Positions 9,391 through 21,102 of a DNA stretch of 35,451 nt are shown here, in pieces; positions within the stretch are counted from its first letter, which is position 1; each line of letters begins with the position of its first letter. The stretch spans positions 1-35,451 of the forward strand of contig JANRLD010000119.1 in assembly GCA_033762915.1 (NCBI GenBank). The letters run 5' to 3'. The notes beneath the pieces were generated by a model. That model was not told the DNA's origin. It made no database searches and saw only the letters and a program-made list of their open reading frames with translations. Origin of the DNA: Meiothermus sp. GTDB taxonomy: Bacteria; Deinococcota; Deinococci; Deinococcales; Thermaceae. Made by a program: the position numbers and the translations under genes.

Positions 9391-10356
9391 ATGGCTCAGC
9401 GCCTTGTTCAGTACCTGCTGGTGCTGCTGGTGGCGGTCGCCGTCAACTTCTTCCTGCCTAGGGCGATGCCCGGCTCGCCGCTGCAATTCTTGGCCGGGGA
9501 CGAGGTGGCAACCCTGACCCTCGAACAGCGGGCGGCGATCCTCGAGCGGGCCGGGCTGGATCAGCCGCTGCCGGTGCAGTTCGTGCGCTATTTGGGCCAG
9601 GTGGCGCGGGGCGACCTGGGCTACAGCTATCAGGAGAACCGCCCAGTGCTCGGGATATTGCTCGAGCGCCTGCCTTGGACGCTGCTCCTGACCGGAACCG
9701 CGCTCCTGCTGTCCTCACTCTTCGGGGTGATGGTGGGGGCGCTGGCGGCCTGGCGGCGGGGCGGGGTGCTGGACAACACCAGCCTGGCAGGCTCTATTGC
9801 GCTGGACGCGGTGCCGACCTTCTGGCTGGGGATGATGCTGGTGGCGATCTTCGCGGTACAGTGGCAGATCTTTCCGGTGTTCGGGGCTAGAACCGCCTGG
9901 GCCAGCTACCAGGGCTGGCAGGCCGTGGGGGACGTGCTACGGCACCTAGTGCTGCCCGCCACCACCCTGACCATTGCCAGCCTTTCGGGCACCTATCTGG
10001 TGATGCGCTACGCGATGCTGGGGGTGCTGGGCGAGGACTACATCCGAACTGCCAGGGCCAAGGGGGTGTCGGAGCGTCAGGTTCTCTACAAGCACGCCCT
10101 GCGCAATGCCATGCTCCCGGTCTTCACGGTGTTCATGCTCAACCTGGGGGCCTTGGTGGGCGGGGCGGCAGTGATCGAGACAGTCTTCTCCTACCCCGGC
10201 GTGGGCCGCCTGCTCTTCGAGTCGGCTACCAACCGCGACTACCCGCTGTTGCAAGGGGCCTTCCTGTTGGTCACGCTCTCGGTGCTGGTGTTTAACCTGT
10301 TGGCCGACCTGCTCTACCCGCTGGTAGACCCCAGGGTGCGGGGGGCACATGGCTAG
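9391..10356 (+). CDS. ABC permease, DppB/OppB-like
   Basis: GDLGYS...RLPWT; EDYIRTARAKG EAA loop; ETVFSYPGVG; RDYP. Confidence 0.93.
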   Translation: MAQRLVQYLLVLLVAVAVNFFLPRAMPGSPLQFLAGDEVATLTLEQRAAILERAGLDQPLPVQFVRYLGQVARGDLGYSYQENRPVLGILLERLPWTLLLTGTALLLSSLFGVMVGALAAWRRGGVLDNTSLAGSIALDAVPTFWLGMMLVAIFAVQWQIFPVFGARTAWASYQGWQAVGDVLRHLVLPATTLTIASLSGTYLVMRYAMLGVLGEDYIRTARAKGVSERQVLYKHALRNAMLPVFTVFMLNLGALVGGAAVIETVFSYPGVGRLLFESATNRDYPLLQGAFLLVTLSVLVFNLLADLLYPLVDPRVRGAHG

Positions 10357-11233
10357 CGCTGCCGTGGCCACCAAAGCCCCAAAACCCCAGGGCTGGCGGG
10401 CCTTGGGCCAGGCTTTGCTGGGTAACCCGGTCGGTCTGATCGGGACCGGGCTGCTGGGTCTGATGCTGTTCCTAGCCCTCTTCGGCCCCCTGATCGCTCC
10501 GTATGACCCGGCCTTGTCCAGCGGTAAGCCCTTCGAGCGCCCCTCGAGCGCCCACCTGCTGGGCACCAACGACGTGGGGCAGGACATCCTCTCCGAGTTG
10601 ATCGTGGGCACCAGGGTCTCACTCCTGATCGGCTTTAGCGCGGCGGCGGGGGCCATCGTGATCGGTACCTTGGTGGGGCTGGTGGCGGGCTACGCCGGGG
10701 GCTGGCTGGATGCCGCGCTGATGCGCCTGGTGGATGTGGTGCTGGTGCTGCCCTTCATCCCGCTGATGATCGTGGTGGCGGCCTACTTAGGCCCCAGCAG
10801 CGGCAACCTGATCGCCGCCATCACCCTGGTGATCTGGGCGCGACCGGCCAGGGTGGTGCGCTCGGGGGTGCTGTCGCTGCGCGAGATAACCTACGTCGAG
10901 AGCACCCGCGCCCTGGGGGCCAGCGACTTCCACATCCTCTTCCGGCACATCCTGCCGGGGGTGCTGCCCATCGCGGTCTCACAGTTCATCCTGGCGGCCT
11001 CGAGCAGCATCCTGATCGAAGCCTCGCTCTCCTTCTTGGGCTTGGGCGACCCCATCCGCAAAAGCTGGGGCAGCATCCTCTACTACGCCCAGATTCGCGG
11101 GGCCTTCCTCAACGGCTCCTGGCCCTGGTGGGTGGTGCCGCCGGGGCTGATGATCACCCTCTCGGTGTTGGGTTTCGCCCTGACCGGGCGGGCCTTGGAG
11201 GGCTACCTGTTCCCCCGCTTGGGCAAAGGCTGA
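10349..11233 (+). CDS. ABC permease, DppC/OppC-like
   Basis: HLLGTNDVGQD; YVESTRALGAS..HILFRHILP; EASLSFLGLG. Confidence 0.93.
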   Translation: MASAAVATKAPKPQGWRALGQALLGNPVGLIGTGLLGLMLFLALFGPLIAPYDPALSSGKPFERPSSAHLLGTNDVGQDILSELIVGTRVSLLIGFSAAAGAIVIGTLVGLVAGYAGGWLDAALMRLVDVVLVLPFIPLMIVVAAYLGPSSGNLIAAITLVIWARPARVVRSGVLSLREITYVESTRALGASDFHILFRHILPGVLPIAVSQFILAASSSILIEASLSFLGLGDPIRKSWGSILYYAQIRGAFLNGSWPWWVVPPGLMITLSVLGFALTGRALEGYLFPRLGKG

Positions 11234-11236
11234 CCC

Positions 11237-11974
11237 ATGAAGACCATCCTGATGCTGGCGACCTACGGCCTGGAGATCGTGGAGGTGGGGGGCACCCTGG
11301 CCCTCCATGCTCAGTCTGGCGACGCGGTACACGCGGCGGTGGTGCTCTCCCGCCCCCAGACCCGGCCCCAAATAGAGCAGGCCGCCCACATTCTGGGGGT
11401 GAGGTCGGTACAGTTCCTCGACTTTCAGACCGGCGAGACCCAGCTCGACACCCCCTCCAAGGTCAGGCTGGTGCGGCTGATCCGGGAGACCCGCCCCGAC
11501 CTGCTGATCACCCAAGACCCCGAGCACTCCTATGCCGACTTGGACCCCGACCGCAGGCTCTTGATGCTCCTCTACCTCGAGGCCGCTGCGCTGGCCGGGC
11601 GCGAGTGGCGGGTAGAAGAGTGCGGGGGATTCACACCCCACCTGATCCGCGACCTCTACTACATGTCACCGGAGAACCCCAACTGCGTGGTGGAGATCGG
11701 GGCAACCTTCGCCCTCAAACAGCAAGCTTTGCAAGTGCTCGAAGGCCAGTTGGCCTTCACCGCCCAGATGCTACGGGACCGCCTCGACCCCACCTCGCTA
11801 CAGACCATCGTGCCGGACTACGCCGCGATGGCCGACCTCGAGCTAGGCCGCGCCTTGCACCGCGAGATGGACAAGTCGCTGGCGCTCTACCACGGCCTGT
11901 TGAGCCACGCCGGGGCCACCCTGGCCGAAGCCTTCCGCCACCAGTTCCCCTTCCGCCTCGAGCGTCTGCTGTGA
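11237..11974 (+). CDS. PIG-L/LmbE-family protein with non-canonical active-site motifs
   Basis: Family scaffold (GGTLA, AAHILGV..FLDF, IRETRPDLLIT, terminal AEAF). HPDD is replaced by TYGLE and HxDH by DPDR. Confidence 0.7.
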   Translation: MKTILMLATYGLEIVEVGGTLALHAQSGDAVHAAVVLSRPQTRPQIEQAAHILGVRSVQFLDFQTGETQLDTPSKVRLVRLIRETRPDLLITQDPEHSYADLDPDRRLLMLLYLEAAALAGREWRVEECGGFTPHLIRDLYYMSPENPNCVVEIGATFALKQQALQVLEGQLAFTAQMLRDRLDPTSLQTIVPDYAAMADLELGRALHREMDKSLALYHGLLSHAGATLAEAFRHQFPFRLERLL

Positions 11975-12016
11975 TTTCGTGTCCAGTCTCTCCCCGTCGT
12001 AATTGGGTGGTTTTCT

Positions 12017-12053
12017 ATATCCGTATATTCGGATAAACGGGTATACTGAACCC
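12017..12053 (+). promoter_or_regulatory. ArsR-type operator and leaderless -10
   Basis: Imperfect inverted repeat ATATCCGTAT/ATTCGGATAA (12017-12036); TATACT (12042-12047) 6 nt before ATG. Confidence 0.65.
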
Positions 12054-12419
12054 ATGCAGCACCATGTCCTGCCCCAACGCCCAAATCCCAACGACCTCAG
12101 CCGGGTCGTCGAGTTGTTCAAGGCCCTCTCCGACCCCACCCGTGTCCGCCTGGTCTTGCTCTTGAGCAAGACCCCACACACCGTGGGCGCGCTGGTGGAA
12201 GCCTTGGAACAGCCGCAGAGCACCGTCTCAAGGCACCTCGCCATCCTCCGCGCCGCCGGTCTGGTCAGCACCCAGCGTCAGGGCACTTCGGTGCATTACC
12301 AACTCTCCGACACCCACCTGGGCGAGTTGACCCGGCAAGCCTTTTCCCATGCCGAACACCAGCGCCTGGGTCTGACCGAGCACACCCAGCCCGCCAGGGT
12401 CACCTCGAGGAGGCGCTGA
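12054..12419 (+). CDS. ArsR/SmtB-family metalloregulator with alpha5 site
   Basis: LFKALSDPTRVRL, QSTVSRHLAILR HTH; D-x-H-x10-H-x2-H (DTH...HAEH) as in CzrA/SmtB. Confidence 0.92.
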   Translation: MQHHVLPQRPNPNDLSRVVELFKALSDPTRVRLVLLLSKTPHTVGALVEALEQPQSTVSRHLAILRAAGLVSTQRQGTSVHYQLSDTHLGELTRQAFSHAEHQRLGLTEHTQPARVTSRRR

Positions 12420-13642
12420 TGCGGCTCTTGGCGGTGTTCTCCAGCCTCCGCAACCCCACCTTCGCTCAGCTCTATGCCGCCCAGACGGTCAGCCTGTTGG
12501 GCGACGCGCTGACCTGGGTGGCGCTGGCCCTGTTGGCCTTCGAGTTGGCGGGCGAGCGCTCGGGGGTGGTGCTGGGCACCGCCCTGACCTTGCGGGTGAC
12601 GGCCTTCGTGCTGTTCTCGGCGCTGGGCGGGGTGCTGGCGGATCGACTCGACCGCAAGACCCTGATGGTGGGAGCCGACCTGGCCCGCGTGATCGTCATC
12701 GGGCTGATCCCCCTGGCAGGCGAAGTCTGGCAGGTCTACATCTTGATGTTCCTGCTCAACGCCTTCACCGCCCTCTTCACCCCCGCCTTCCAGGCCACCG
12801 TGCCGTTGGTGGCGGGGCGGGACTACCCGCAAGCCTTGGCCCTCTCGAGCGCCACCAACGAGTTGCTGGGGGTGCTGGGGCCGGGCATCGCGGGGGGGGT
12901 GGCGGCCCTGATGGGCGGGCGCAGCCTGTTCTGGCTGGACGCGGCCACCTTCGCGCTCTCGGCCCTGCTGATCCTGACCCTGCGGGCCAATCTGCAAGCC
13001 AAAACAGAGGCCACAGCGGAGGGTTTTGGGTGGTCGGATCTGCGCGAGGGCACCCGGCGGCTGTGGGCCGACCCTCCCCTGCGTTACGCCCTGCTACTGG
13101 AATTGGTGGCTGCGGTATCCGGGGCTTGGATTCTGGTCAATACGGTGGGCTACGTGAAGGGAACCTTGAGCCTCGGTGACGTGGAGTACGGCTGGGTGAT
13201 GGCGGCCTTCGGGGTGGGGGCGACGGTGGCTGCGTTGGTGGTGGGGGCCTTGGATCAGCGCTTGCCGCGCACCACCTGGGTGCTGTTGGGGGCCATCCTG
13301 ACCACGGTAGCCATCATGCCCACCGCCCTGGCTCCCCTGCTTCCCCTGATGCTGCTATGGTTCTTGGCAGGGGTGGGGCAGAACTGGGTTAACCTGCCCA
13401 CCAACACCCTGATCGCCGACCGCACCCCCCAGGCCCTCCAGGGGCGGGTTTACGGGGCGCACTTCGCCTGGAGCCACCTGTGGTGGCTGTTCAGCTACCC
13501 CCTGGCGGGGTGGTTGGGAACCAGCCTGGGGGGCGGTTCGTTTGCGGTAGGTGGCCTGATTGGTTTGGCGTTGCTGGTGCTGGTACAACTGGGGTCGAAG
13601 CCAAAAAAGACCGAGCATTCGGTTTCGTCACGGCAACCCTAA
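12419..13642 (+). CDS. MFS exporter, NreB/NrsD-like (probable Ni/Co efflux)
   Basis: GVLADRLDRK motif A; AHFAWSHLWWLFSYPLAGWLG resembles NreB; TGATG coupling to arsR. Confidence 0.8.
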   Translation: MRLLAVFSSLRNPTFAQLYAAQTVSLLGDALTWVALALLAFELAGERSGVVLGTALTLRVTAFVLFSALGGVLADRLDRKTLMVGADLARVIVIGLIPLAGEVWQVYILMFLLNAFTALFTPAFQATVPLVAGRDYPQALALSSATNELLGVLGPGIAGGVAALMGGRSLFWLDAATFALSALLILTLRANLQAKTEATAEGFGWSDLREGTRRLWADPPLRYALLLELVAAVSGAWILVNTVGYVKGTLSLGDVEYGWVMAAFGVGATVAALVVGALDQRLPRTTWVLLGAILTTVAIMPTALAPLLPLMLLWFLAGVGQNWVNLPTNTLIADRTPQALQGRVYGAHFAWSHLWWLFSYPLAGWLGTSLGGGSFAVGGLIGLALLVLVQLGSKPKKTEHSVSSRQP

Positions 13643-13675
13643 GGCTAACCCTGGTGTGGACATTCCAGTCACAAG

Positions 13676-13755
13676 ACCCCCCCACCAGGGGAGGGGTTGA
13701 CAGGGTATGCCCACACGGCTTACACTAAATCCATACCCCACCCCTCAGGGGGTGG
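13676..13755 (+). promoter_or_regulatory. copZ promoter flanked by two CsoR-type operators
   Basis: TTGACA (13697)-18nt-TACACT (13721); C-tract/G-tract imperfect inverted repeat at 13676-13697 and CCACCCC-TCAG-GGGGTGG at 13738-13755. Confidence 0.82.
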
Positions 13756-13771
13756 CTCAAAGGAGACAGTG

Positions 13772-13975
13772 ATGGACAACATCGAACTCAAGGTCGAAGG
13801 CATGAGCTGCGGCCACTGCAAGACCAGCGTGGAGAAGGCCCTCAAGGGCGTGGCGGGGGTGGAACAGGTCGAAGTCTTCCTGCAAGAAGGCCGGGCCGTG
13901 GTAAAGGGCAGTGCCCCTATTGACCAACTGGTGGCCGCAGTACAGGAAGAGGGTTATCAGGCTGCGGTTCGCTAA
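13772..13975 (+). CDS. copZ: Copper chaperone CopZ
   Basis: AGGAG RBS; GMSCGHC HMA motif, EEGY. Confidence 0.95.
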   Translation: MDNIELKVEGMSCGHCKTSVEKALKGVAGVEQVEVFLQEGRAVVKGSAPIDQLVAAVQEEGYQAAVR

Positions 13976-13984
13976 GGAGTGACC

Positions 13985-14275
13985 ATGCCCGCCGTACATG
14001 AACACACCCTCCACTTAGACCCCAAGGTGCGCAAGGACGCGCAGAACCGCCTGCTCTCGGCCAAGGGGCACCTCGAGGGCATCCTCAAGATGCTCGAGGG
14101 CGAGCCCTACTGCGTGGACGTGCTCAAGCAGATCAGCGCGGTGCAAGGTGCGCTGGACAAGGTGGGCGACATGGTGCTGCGGAGCCACCTCGAGCACCAC
14201 GTGGCCAGCGCGGCCCAACGCGGCGACAGCAAGGAACTGGTGGACGAGTTGATGGACGTGCTCAAGTACCGCTAG
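13985..14275 (+). CDS. csoR: Copper-sensing repressor CsoR (Thermus-type C-H-H ligand set)
   Basis: RLLSAKGHLEGILKML..YCVDVLKQI...HLEHHV; lies between copZ and copA. Confidence 0.93.
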   Translation: MPAVHEHTLHLDPKVRKDAQNRLLSAKGHLEGILKMLEGEPYCVDVLKQISAVQGALDKVGDMVLRSHLEHHVASAAQRGDSKELVDELMDVLKYR

Positions 14276-14312
14276 AGGCGGGCTCGGGGCCAGCCCTCGA
14301 GCCGTCGTCTTA

Positions 14313-14329
14313 CCCCACCCCAGGTGGGG
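14313..14329 (+). promoter_or_regulatory. CsoR-like inverted repeat immediately upstream of the copA RBS
   Basis: CCCCACC-CCA-GGTGGGG, preceded by a GC hairpin at 14281-14303. Confidence 0.5.
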
Positions 14330-14345
14330 AGGATAGGGAGGATGG

Positions 14346-16856
<2,511 letters not shown>

Positions 16857-16969
16857 AGTTGCGCCAGGGTAGATTCGCAAAACCACCGAAGGCTTCAAGT
16901 GCGTGCCTGGCTCAGTCCCCCGCAGGTGTTTCGGGACCGCATCTCACACTTCAACCATGGAGACACCTA

Positions 16970-17164
16970 ATGCCGATCCTGGAAGCCACCCTCACCTGCC
17001 CTCAGTGTGGCGGCAGAACCGCCGCGACGATGCCCACCGATGCCTGTCAGCACTTCTTTGCCTGCCCACACTGTGGGGTCATGCTAAAACCCAAGCCCGG
17101 CGACTGCTGTGTGTTCTGCTCTTTCGCAGACGTACCTTGCCCGATCAAACAAGAGGAATCATGA
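16970..17164 (+). CDS. GDCCVxC-domain small Cys-rich protein
   Basis: GGAG RBS; TCPQCG...MPTDACQHFFACPHCG...PGDCCVFCS..VPCP. Confidence 0.88.
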   Translation: MPILEATLTCPQCGGRTAATMPTDACQHFFACPHCGVMLKPKPGDCCVFCSFADVPCPIKQEES

Positions 17165-17583
17165 GCGAAGCCATCCAGGAAAAAGACAAGTCCCTCGGCC
17201 TGTTCGTCGCCAGCCTCAAGACCGCCAAGGATAAGGTCAGAGACCGCGAAGCCTTCGTGACCCGCTCCCAGGCTAAATACGCCGCCCCCCAGGTGGGCGG
17301 CTTCCAGATGCTGGGGCTGGGCGGCTCCTGCGGCAAACCGGCCTTTCTGCTGCCCTTTGCTACCCGCTGGACGCTGGACAAGGTGGAAGCCCTCGAGGCC
17401 GTGGCCGAACACTTCGGAATGGAGATAGAGTACGGGGCTTACCCCCACCTCAAGCTGCCGGATCAGCTCGAGGTCGCCGCCGTCCACGATTGGCTAAACG
17501 AGACCCACGTCTACCTGCGCCCCTCCTACGAGCGCAAGGAGGAACTCATCCAGGCCATCGCCGAGGCCCTCAAGCCTGCTTGA
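17161..17583 (+). CDS. Hypothetical cytoplasmic protein (GGSCGKP motif), coupled to the GDCCVxC gene
   Basis: GAGGA RBS, ATGA overlap, host-like codon usage. Start moved from 16903. Confidence 0.75.
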   Translation: MSEAIQEKDKSLGLFVASLKTAKDKVRDREAFVTRSQAKYAAPQVGGFQMLGLGGSCGKPAFLLPFATRWTLDKVEALEAVAEHFGMEIEYGAYPHLKLPDQLEVAAVHDWLNETHVYLRPSYERKEELIQAIAEALKPA

Positions 17584-17603
17584 GTTTCGACGTTCGGCAG
17601 CCC

Positions 17604-17632
17604 AGTCCCCGGCCCTAGGCCGGGGACTTTCT
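17604..17632 (+). terminator. Hairpin between convergent genes
   Basis: AGTCCCCGGCC-CTA-GGCCGGGGACT, an 11-bp perfect stem with a short T tail; the loop is the gntR stop codon. Confidence 0.65.
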
Positions 17633-18295
17633 GCGGGCCAAACGCCCCATGAAGCGGTCGGTGGCCCCCTCCCAGTTACCCTCCACCGCCTCCAGGGCGG
17701 TCTCGCCGCGCCCCGAGCGCAGCGAGCGGATGATCAGGGCGTGCTCCTTGACCGACTCCACCGCGTCCTTGGAGTCGAAGTGGGCCAGCTCGAGGCGGCG
17801 TAGCTTGGTCTTGAGGTCGGCCAACACCCCCGCCAGTTCGCGGTTGCCGGAGCGCTCGATCCAGACCTGGTGGAAGCGGTTGTCGGCTTCAAGGGCGGCC
17901 TTCGCATCGTGCCGGGCGATGGCGGCGCTGAGTTCGGCGTTGGCTGCCTCCAGTTCACTCAACTCAGCCTCACCGAGCCGGGGCTGGGCCAGCTCGAGGG
18001 CGTAGGCTTCCAGCCGCTGCACGATCCCGTAGAGTTCGTCGGCCTGTTCGGCCTTAAGCAGCGCGACCCGCGTCCACTTGTGCGAGGCAGTCTCGACCAG
18101 CCCCTCGTCCTCCAGGCGGCGCAGGGCCTCCCGCACCGGGGTGCGGCTGACCTTCAGGGCCTCGGCCAGCTCGAGGTCGCGGATCGGTTCTCCGGGCCTG
18201 AGGGTTCCGTCAATGATCCAGTCCCGCAGTTGCTGGTAGACCTGTTCGCGGGCCAACTCCCGCTTCACGGTACGGACGGTTTCGGGCAGAGGCAT
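17615..18295 (-). CDS. GntR (FadR/FCD) family regulator
   Basis: LAEALKVSRTPVREAL HTH; DNRFH...SGNREL, EH motifs; leaderless TATACT-6nt-ATG. Confidence 0.92.
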   Translation of the reverse strand: MPLPETVRTVKRELAREQVYQQLRDWIIDGTLRPGEPIRDLELAEALKVSRTPVREALRRLEDEGLVETASHKWTRVALLKAEQADELYGIVQRLEAYALELAQPRLGEAELSELEAANAELSAAIARHDAKAALEADNRFHQVWIERSGNRELAGVLADLKTKLRRLELAHFDSKDAVESVKEHALIIRSLRSGRGETALEAVEGNWEGATDRFMGRLARRKSPA

Positions 18296-18301
18296 TGAGG
18301 C

Positions 18302-18349
18302 AGTATACCTCAACCCTTGACTTGTAGTATCAAATATGTAATATATTGC
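18302..18349. promoter_or_regulatory. Divergent promoters with a probable GntR operator
   Basis: Minus-strand TATACT (18302-18307); plus-strand TTGACT (18317) and TAATAT (18339); near-palindrome GTAATATATTGC (18338-18349). Confidence 0.6.
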
Positions 18350-18415
18350 TACGCCCAATGAAACCCTACCAACAGTCCTCAAGCAGGAAAGGCCCGGCAT
18401 TTCGGGGAGAACGAC

Positions 18416-19600
18416 GTGTTTGATCTCGAACGCGCCCGCCGCGAAACCCCCGGAGCGTCACGGGTGCTGCACCTCAACAACGCCGGGGCCGCGCTGATGC
18501 CCCAGCCGGTGCTGGACGTGGTGAAAGACCACCTCGACCTCGAGGCCAATTTCGGAGGTTACGAAGCAGCCCGGATGCGCTCGGCCCAGCACAGCGTCGT
18601 CTACGCCTCGCTGGCCCGCTTGATCGGTGCCACGCCCACCGAGATTGCGGTGGTCGAGAACGCCACCCGTGCTTGGGACATGGCCTTCTACAGCATCCCC
18701 TTCGCCCCCGGCGAGGTCATCCTGACCAGCCAAGTCGAGTACGCCAGCAACCACATCGCCTACCTACACGTGGCCCGGCACACCGGCGCGGTGGTGCAGG
18801 TAGTGCCCGGCGATGAGAGCGGGCAGATTGACCTGGAAGCGCTCGAGCGGATGTTGCATCGGCGGGTCAAGCTGGTATCCCTGACCCACATTCCCACCAA
18901 CGGGGGGCTGGTCAACCCGGCTGCTGAGGTGGGCCGTCTGACCCGCAAGTACGGGGTGCTCTACTTGCTGGATGCCTGCCAGTCGGTGGGGCAGATGCCG
19001 CTGGACGTGCAGCAGATCGGCTGCGACCTGCTCTCGGCCACCAGCCGCAAATACCTGCGAGGCCCGCGCGGGGTGGGTTTTTTGTATGCCCGCCGGGGAG
19101 TCTTGGAGACCCTCGAGCCGCCCTTCCTCGACCTCCACGCGGCCACCTGGGAGGCCCCCGAGCGCTACGCTATCGAACCCAGCGCCCGCCGCTTCGAGAA
19201 CTGGGAGTGCAGCGTCGCCAACAAGCTGGGGCTGGGGGCGGCGGTGGACTACGCCCTGGCTTGGGGTTTGGAACAGACCTGGCCCCGCGTGCAAGCCCTG
19301 GCCCAGCAACTGCGCCTGAGCCTGTCGGAGATGCCCGGCTGCACGCTGCTGGACTTGGGCCGGGAGCGCTGCGGCATCGTCTCGTTCAACCTACGGAGCC
19401 ACAGTGCCGACCAGGTGCGCCAGGCCATGCTGGCCCAGGGCATCAATGTCAACGTCTCCCGCGCCTCCTCCACGCTGCTGGACATGGGCGGGCGGGGCAT
19501 CCAGGACTTGGTGCGGGCCAGCGTCCACTACTACAACAGCGAGGCCGAACTCGAGCGCTTCTTGCAAGCTCTGGAGCAACTCAATCGGGTAAGAGCTTAA
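18416..19600 (+). CDS. PLP-dependent aminotransferase class V (EgtE-like / C-S lyase clade)
   Basis: HLNNAG, DACQSVGQ, SATSRKYLRGPRG (PLP Lys), RASVHYYN; lacks the SufS RxGHHC and IscS SGSAC Cys loops. Confidence 0.85.
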   Translation: MFDLERARRETPGASRVLHLNNAGAALMPQPVLDVVKDHLDLEANFGGYEAARMRSAQHSVVYASLARLIGATPTEIAVVENATRAWDMAFYSIPFAPGEVILTSQVEYASNHIAYLHVARHTGAVVQVVPGDESGQIDLEALERMLHRRVKLVSLTHIPTNGGLVNPAAEVGRLTRKYGVLYLLDACQSVGQMPLDVQQIGCDLLSATSRKYLRGPRGVGFLYARRGVLETLEPPFLDLHAATWEAPERYAIEPSARRFENWECSVANKLGLGAAVDYALAWGLEQTWPRVQALAQQLRLSLSEMPGCTLLDLGRERCGIVSFNLRSHSADQVRQAMLAQGINVNVSRASSTLLDMGGRGIQDLVRASVHYYNSEAELERFLQALEQLNRVRA

Positions 19601-19611
19601 GGAGGTAAGGT

Positions 19612-20442
19612 ATGAAGCATACGTTGGTAAGCGGCGGTTGGCTGGGTCTGCTGGGTTTGGCGCTGGGTATGGCAGGTGTGGCCTGGCAACCGGCCCAGGC
19701 CCAGGGCCAGGACTTGCTCTCGCGGGTCAAGACGGCGGGGGTGCTGCGGGTGTCCAACACCCAGGCCAGCCCGCCCTGGAGCATGATTGACGAGAACAAG
19801 CAACTGGTCGGCTTCGACGTGGATGTGGCCAATGAGCTGGCCAAGCGCATGGGCATCGCCAAGGTGGAGTTCGTGGCTGGGCGCTTCGCCGACTTCATCG
19901 TCGGCATCGAGGCGGGCAAGTACGACATGGTGATCGCCGGGCAGACCATCACCGAGGAGCGCAAAAAGGCGGTGGACTTCTCCAACCCCTACCAGGCCAT
20001 CAGCGTCTCGGTCTTCACCCGCCCCAGCCGTGTCGCCCAATTCAAGAGCATCGCCGACCTGAACGGCAAGCGGGTGGCGGTGACCGCGGGCACCACCCAG
20101 GAGCGCTTCGTGCGCGAGCAGGTGGCGGGGGCCATTCCCCGAACCTACGAGAACGGCACCCTAGCCCTGCTGGATGTCTCCTTCGGGCGGGCCGACGCGG
20201 GGCTCTTCAACCGCTTCGTGGGTTCGTATCTGGCCCAGCGCAACGGCCTCCTGGTGGCCCCAGCCTTCGATCTGGGGGTTGAACTCAACGCCATGAGCTT
20301 CCGCAAGGGCGAACCCGCCTTTAAGGCCGCTGTGGACAAGGCCCTGGCCGAGATGATCGCCGATGGGACTTTCACCGCCATCTCCAAAAAGTGGCTGGGC
20401 GGGCAGGACATGATGGCTGCCCTAGCCAAGTACGTCAAATAA
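19612..20442 (+). CDS. Polar amino-acid ABC substrate-binding protein (family 3, cystine-like)
   Basis: [41 protein letters not shown]. Confidence 0.9.
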   Translation: MKHTLVSGGWLGLLGLALGMAGVAWQPAQAQGQDLLSRVKTAGVLRVSNTQASPPWSMIDENKQLVGFDVDVANELAKRMGIAKVEFVAGRFADFIVGIEAGKYDMVIAGQTITEERKKAVDFSNPYQAISVSVFTRPSRVAQFKSIADLNGKRVAVTAGTTQERFVREQVAGAIPRTYENGTLALLDVSFGRADAGLFNRFVGSYLAQRNGLLVAPAFDLGVELNAMSFRKGEPAFKAAVDKALAEMIADGTFTAISKKWLGGQDMMAALAKYVK

Positions 20443-20451
20443 GGGGGCCGA

Positions 20452-21102
20452 ATGCTCGAGCTGCTGCAACGCGCTGCGCCCTTCCTGCTCCAGGCCCTCT
20501 GGACGACCCTCTGGATCGGGGTGATCTCGTTCGTGCTGAGCCTGCTGGTGGGCCTGCTGGTGGCGGTGGCTCGGATGTACGGCCCCTGGCTGCTGCGTGC
20601 CCCGGCGGCGGCCTTTGTTTCGGTCATCCGGGGCACCCCCCTCCTGACCCAGATCCTGCTGGTCTACTACGGCCTACCCCAGTTGGGGGTCACCATCGAG
20701 GCCGTCCCGGCGGTCATTCTGACCCTGGCCCTGCACGCCGGGGCCTACACCAGCGAGGACATTCGCGGGGGCATCCAGTCTGTAGACAAGGGCCAGTGGG
20801 AGGCGGGCTACTCCAGCGGCATGACCTTCGCCCAGGTCATGCGGCGCATCATCCTGCCCCAGGCCATCCAGACCATCACCCCCAGCCTGGGCAACCGCTT
20901 CATCACCATGATCAAGGAGACCTCGCTGGCCTCGGTGGTGACGGTGGTCGAGCTGACCCGCGTGGCCGAGCAGATCGGCTCGGCCACTTTCCGCTACATG
21001 CAGATGTTCGTGATCGTGGCGGTCATATACTGGGCGGTAAACTCCCTCCTCTCGCTGGGCCAGGCCAAGCTCGAGGAGCGGATGCGGAGGGCCTACCGAT
21101 GA
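20452..21102 (+). CDS. Polar amino-acid ABC permease
   Basis: IRGTPLL, GQWEAG..GM, IKETSL. Confidence 0.93.
   Translation: MLELLQRAAPFLLQALWTTLWIGVISFVLSLLVGLLVAVARMYGPWLLRAPAAAFVSVIRGTPLLTQILLVYYGLPQLGVTIEAVPAVILTLALHAGAYTSEDIRGGIQSVDKGQWEAGYSSGMTFAQVMRRIILPQAIQTITPSLGNRFITMIKETSLASVVTVVELTRVAEQIGSATFRYMQMFVIVAVIYWAVNSLLSLGQAKLEERMRRAYR

Noticed and set aside
16903..17160. N-terminal extension of the 226-aa ORF
   Set aside because: Overlaps the GDCCVxC gene in another frame; RBS and ATG are at 17161
17162..17164. Possible selenocysteine read-through in the GDCCVxC gene
   Set aside because: All motif positions are Cys codons; the TGA is terminal and part of an ATGA coupling
20391..21098. 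504-aa ORF suggesting a long N-terminal fusion to the ABC ATPase
   Set aside because: The extension is an off-frame read of the permease gene; the real start is the ATGA overlap at 21099
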